DNA of 64,000 nucleotides from Antedon mediterranea (taxonomy: Eukaryota; Animalia; Echinodermata): contig NC_092678.1 in the NCBI RefSeq assembly GCF_964355755.1, forward strand, positions 9,192,422 through 9,256,421, in the 5' to 3' direction. Made by a program: the position numbers and the translations under genes. The first letter of the stretch is position 1. Every line of letters starts with the position of its first letter. Under the pieces are notes generated by a model. The model made no database searches. It was not told the origin of the DNA and worked only from the letters and a program-made list of their open reading frames with translations. Positions 59,540 through 64,000 of this stretch are shown piece by piece.

Positions 59540-61250
59540 AATTTAAATCAACAAAATTGATTGCGTCGTGTGAGTCTTCATCTGAACGAATTTGGACTCG
59601 TGTTTGATGGCCAATATGGTTTTACTCCAGGAAAATCTTGTTCCTCAGTCTTGGCTGAGGCTACAACATCCTGGGTTAAGGCTTTAGATAATGGGGCACC
59701 ACGGATTGATGTCGTGGCTCTTGATTACAGTAGGGCATTTGATTCCATCTCGCATGACATTCTGGTGTTGGCGGTGTATTATTAAAATGGATTAACTCTT
59801 TCTTATCTGGTCGTAAGCAAAGAGTAATTTTTTATGGTGTCCAATCTGACTGGTGTTTAGTCAAGTCAGGTGTCCCCCAGGAGTTAGTCTTGGGGCCATT
59901 ATTGTTCAACATTTACGTGAATGACTTAAATCTTCACTTGGAAAATAAACCGTACCAATATGCTGACGATACATTTATAAGTAAAGCAGTTTATTCTTAT
60001 TGTGATTTTATTTCCCTACAGAGAGACATTAACAAAATCTCTGAATGGTCAATTTTAAACAAACTTATTTTAAACCCTAATAAATGTAACATCTTGTCTA
60101 TCGATAGAAGGAGAGCTCCATCTTCTAATGACTATGTACTTAACGATCAGGTTATTGCACATGTTAAACATCTGAAAATTCTTGGTGTGTACATATCCGA
60201 TGATTTGTCATGGTCTAAACAAGTCCATGAGGTTGTAAATAAGTGTAATAGAACACTGGGTCTTGTTAGAGAAATTGCTGGTGGTTGTTCTACACCCGTT
60301 CTTTTAAAATTATACCAGTGTCTAGTCCTCCCTCATATACAGTACTGTTGCGAGGTGTGGTACCCTTATCGCATATGTCAAATTCAAATGATTGAGCAAA
60401 TCCAGAGACGGGCCACCCGGTTGATCTTACATCAACGTCGTCAGGAACAGTCATATGAGGGGAGAGTAGACACTCTTGATATCCCATCCACAATCGCTAT
60501 TAGAGATTGTTATACTGTTCTATTTGTTTGCAATGTTTTACTTTATCATCAAAGATCTATTATTTATAATTTACTCATAGTTAAAGATGTATTGTCCCTT
60601 TAAACACACAAAAATGAAGGTCAAAATATTCAAAATTTAAATTGGCCAAATCAAAGTAATATTAAAGTTATTCACTTTAAGTCGAAAATTCAAGCCAAAA
60701 ACAAGAAGTTTCGTAATTAACAGGTAAATTTATTTTTATTATATGTCGTCTGGAAAATCATCGCGAGCGAAAGTAAACAAAGATTTCAAACCACGAGTAT
60801 GCATTATACATATGCTAATTAAGATTGTTTACAACTCGTCATGGTTGAGAAGGTGTTTTCACACAGATCGCAAGGAAGTTTTATGATTATGCATACTGTA
60901 CAGAGTAGCCAAACAAGCGCGTTGCATTATAAGATATGTTTTGATCGAAAACTTTGACTTTGATTTTTTCTTCGACTAATTTTTGGTGAAAGTTAATTTA
61001 CTATTATGATACTTCAAAATGACCAACTTTTTTTCGAAATATTTTATTTTTTATTTTTTTGGAATTAGACAAAGGGACAATACATCTTTAATAATCGTCA
61101 TGATACTCTCACTTTCAAGCATCTTCGCTCCAGTAATGATATGTCAAAATTTTGCATCCCGACCAGATTCACTAGAACTTGGAATTCCATACCCAATGAG
61201 ATTCGCGATATTTTTGTTAATGGTTCATTTATTAATTTAAATTATCTCTA
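59540..61250 (+). pseudogene. Degenerate CR1/Jockey-like LINE RT fragment in EDEM1 intron 1
   Basis: QYGF, LDYSRAFDSI, GVPQ, GPLLFNIYVNDL, YADD; broken by frameshifts and a MITE. Confidence 0.88.
60585..61087. mobile_element. Kolobok-type MITE inserted in the LINE
   Basis: Perfect 17-bp TIR AGATGTATTGTCCCTTT; TTAA on both sides. Confidence 0.9.
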
Positions 61251-61540
61251 AAGCTATATTTTAAATGTCGGAGAGAAACTTTTTAACTTTTTAAATGAAA
61301 TGATATATCTATGTTATTTTAGTATATATTCTTGTTATTTGTAATTTTTGTGTTGGAGAGACACACCTTACCGGTGACAGCGTTTTGTTTAATGCTTTTG
61401 TCTCTCCTCGGCTTCGTGTCTTGTATTTCACATAAACAAATCAGGCACAGAACATTAATTCTAAACCACCCGGTGATATACTGAAATTTAATTAATTAAT
61501 TTGAAACGATAAAGATGAGGAAATCTGTGATATATTTCTA

Positions 61541-61677
61541 GTCTCCTGATGAGTGAGTTGCACGACTCACGAAACCAAACTGTAGTTTTTACTTCTATTC
61601 CAGACTTAACGTATATTTTAGCTCTACTTTACCGTATTGAGCACTTTTTAGACAGTTACATTGAACCGAACATTTAT
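61541..61677 (+). mobile_element. Short Penelope-like terminal-repeat insert with a hammerhead-like motif
   Basis: CTGATGA-GTGAGT-tgcacg-ACTCAC-GAAAC..GTA at 61546-61584; flanked by direct repeat atatatttcta (61530-61540, 61678-61688). Confidence 0.65.
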
Positions 61678-62921
61678 ATATATTTCTATGTTTTTTTTTT
61701 TTTTGGTTTTTTTTTTTGTAATTATTATTTTATGTTTATTGCCGAAATGAATAAAATAAATAAAAATATTTTGAAAGTTATGAATGATACGGTACCGTAA
61801 CCGGTTTATGATGAAATCGGTCGGGCCTGAAATCTGTCGCGTTTGAAATCGGTCGCGATAAAATCAACTTCCGGTATTTTGTATGGCGCGCCGCTAGAGC
61901 TATACGTTTGATGATATCGTTCGCGTTTGAAATCGGTCGCGTTATTTTGTATGGAGCGAGATACATGCTAGCGAAATATACATTTTCTTCGTTGATATAG
62001 TCTAGATTTAATTGATATTTTTTAGAAACTAGATTATTTATGTGGCGATTTTTTATTTCGGTTAATAAATATTTATTATCATTTTTTTTTTATTTCACAC
62101 TCACAGGTCACGGAGAAGGACTACTGTGCCTTTTCAAAATGGCCATTTCTAAACACGTTTAAATATTTTATTAGGCATATAATAATTTACCTCTATTTTA
62201 TTATGTACTGTAATTAATATATTATATAGAGAATACTGTACGTCTGTGTCTTTTATTATGCAAATAATTACGTAAAAGAGAACAATTTATTAAAAAACAA
62301 TAATTGTTACAATGTATAGCCCGTAAATACTTAATGCATACTGTGGCAGATATATCATCCATGTCGTTAAAAACTTACTATTGGACCACCTTATTTTAAT
62401 TTCTATTTTATTTATGTCCGTACGTTATGTAGGATACGGTAACAGGGCTCGATTTATCTTTTTCATGTTGCTAGCCCACTGGGTTCACTGTAGATTTCAC
62501 TAGCCCATACATTATTTTACTAGCCCACTCTTATTATCGCACCGTGATAGCAGGGCCGCCATATAAATGAATTCAGGCATTTTGTACAATAGAGGGCGCA
62601 CTAATCTAAACGCTCGACAATGTAATATTAAGTATATAAATAATGATTATTGTTGAGGCAAATCATGTGTATATTTTTATTTCTAAAGTTTAGGCCTAAA
62701 AATTAAAATAGTTTCTAGTAAAAATGATTATTATATGCGGATCGTTAAAAGGCGAGTTACTGAAATAAACCCCGAAATAAGCCATATCGTGGATGCGCCT
62801 TCTATGATAGTGCAGCCGTTAACTGCACGTTATTTAAAAAAAAAAAACATGCACTAGTGTGTCAAATCATGGACAAAACACGTACGATCGTTGTCCATTG
62901 CCAGGTAAAGATGACGTATAG

Positions 62922-63010
62922 GCCGGTGTATTAGTACACCACAGCCACTGATCACCAACTGTGCCCTCTGGGAGACCAGTCTTTGACTGAAGAGGTTACC
63001 CAGTATAAAT
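62922..63010 (+). mobile_element. 3' fragment of the Deu/Nin-type SINE
   Basis: ccggtgt..cactgatcaccaactg..gtctttgactgaagagg..cccagtataaa matches 25673-25760. Confidence 0.8.
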
Positions 63011-63482
63011 ATATATTTCAATCAGTATAAATATATATTTCAATCAATAGGCCTATTACTAATAACCATACGTTTGAAACATCAGCTATAGGCCTCCTGC
63101 ACATGTTTATATGAAACCTAGTTCCATGGTGAAACGATGTATATAATTACGTATACGTCGGCGATACTATAGTTTTTAATTTGAATATCTTTTATTTCTT
63201 CATTTATATAATAATCAATTATAATTAAGTACCATTCAGTGTCTCACATCCGTACGCCGTTCGTAAATCTAAATGTTTAAATATCAGTGCAAGATTACCT
63301 CTTTGAGAATCGTGTCCACCTTTAATATTATCCACCCATTATTATTCTCACATCTGGGCCTATCATTGTACATCATAGTCCTCTGTATAGGCCTGGTAGA
63401 TTGATTTATAACGGCATTTTATTTTTTTAGTATTATCCTAAAACCATGCTCACGTAAGAGTGGCGGATATCGAACGTAAAAA

Positions 63483-64000
63483 TCATCATACAATCATCTT
63501 CCTTTATTGCATAAACCTCATTGAGCTGGTATCCACTTGCAGGTATAGAACGAGTTTCGTAATTAACTGTGATTTAAAAATACGCAATACGGTAGGTGCG
63601 TCTACTTGTTTAACTATTAAATTATTTAAACATTTTCAAAACTTTAAACAGTGGCATGCCAATCTTTTCAAAAACTTAAACAATATTCAATAAACATTTT
63701 TTAAACTATTTTTTAAACGAACACATTACAATTCATTGACACCTGTATGATAAAATGAAAACATAAATTATTTATAAATAATGTCTATGAGATAAATATT
63801 TATATTTACACTTAAAAAATAATAATGATCGAGGTAAACAAAAATGTCAGTAATATTATTAGAAATTCTTATTCAAAATTAACTAAAAACATAATGAGCG
63901 TATTTTTAAATCACAGTTAATTCGAAACTTGTTCTATACCTGCAAGTTGATACCAGCTCAATGAGGTTTATGCAATAAAGGAAGATGATGTATGATGATG
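63483..64000. mobile_element. MITE with inverted arms over 100 bp, running off the window end
   Basis: 63483-63586 is the reverse complement of 63898-63999. Confidence 0.8.

Overview
AT-rich metazoan genomic DNA, most likely from an invertebrate deuterostome such as an echinoderm. This is an inference from the Deu/Nin-type SINE, an HRH1-like receptor and the spliceosomal introns. Three host genes are visible. (1) An intronless-CDS histamine-H1-like aminergic GPCR (4011-6098, minus). (2) A five-coding-exon endonuclease/exonuclease/phosphatase (EEP) family membrane protein (36582-17665, minus, about 475 aa), whose last catalytic SDH motif lies after an inserted Cys-rich module and a two-helix membrane hairpin. 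(3) The first coding exon of EDEM1 (58971-59263, plus). Most of the rest is transposable elements. These include an intact Mag-type Gypsy element with identical 198-bp LTRs and a complete Kolobok DNA transposon. The Kolobok has TTAA TSDs, a 7-exon THAP-DDE transposase with one in-frame stop, and an intact convergent P2X7-ballast-like KolX gene, and it sits inside a self-nested MITE pair. There is also a young L2/CR1-group LINE whose esterase+CCHC ORF1 is in frame with an AUG-less ORF2, and Penelope-like fragments of three types with several minimal hammerhead ribozymes. SINEs, decayed tRNA-Val copies, Helentron-like elements, many MITEs and a minisatellite make up the remainder. All calls were made by eye, and family assignments rest on recalled motifs, not database searches.
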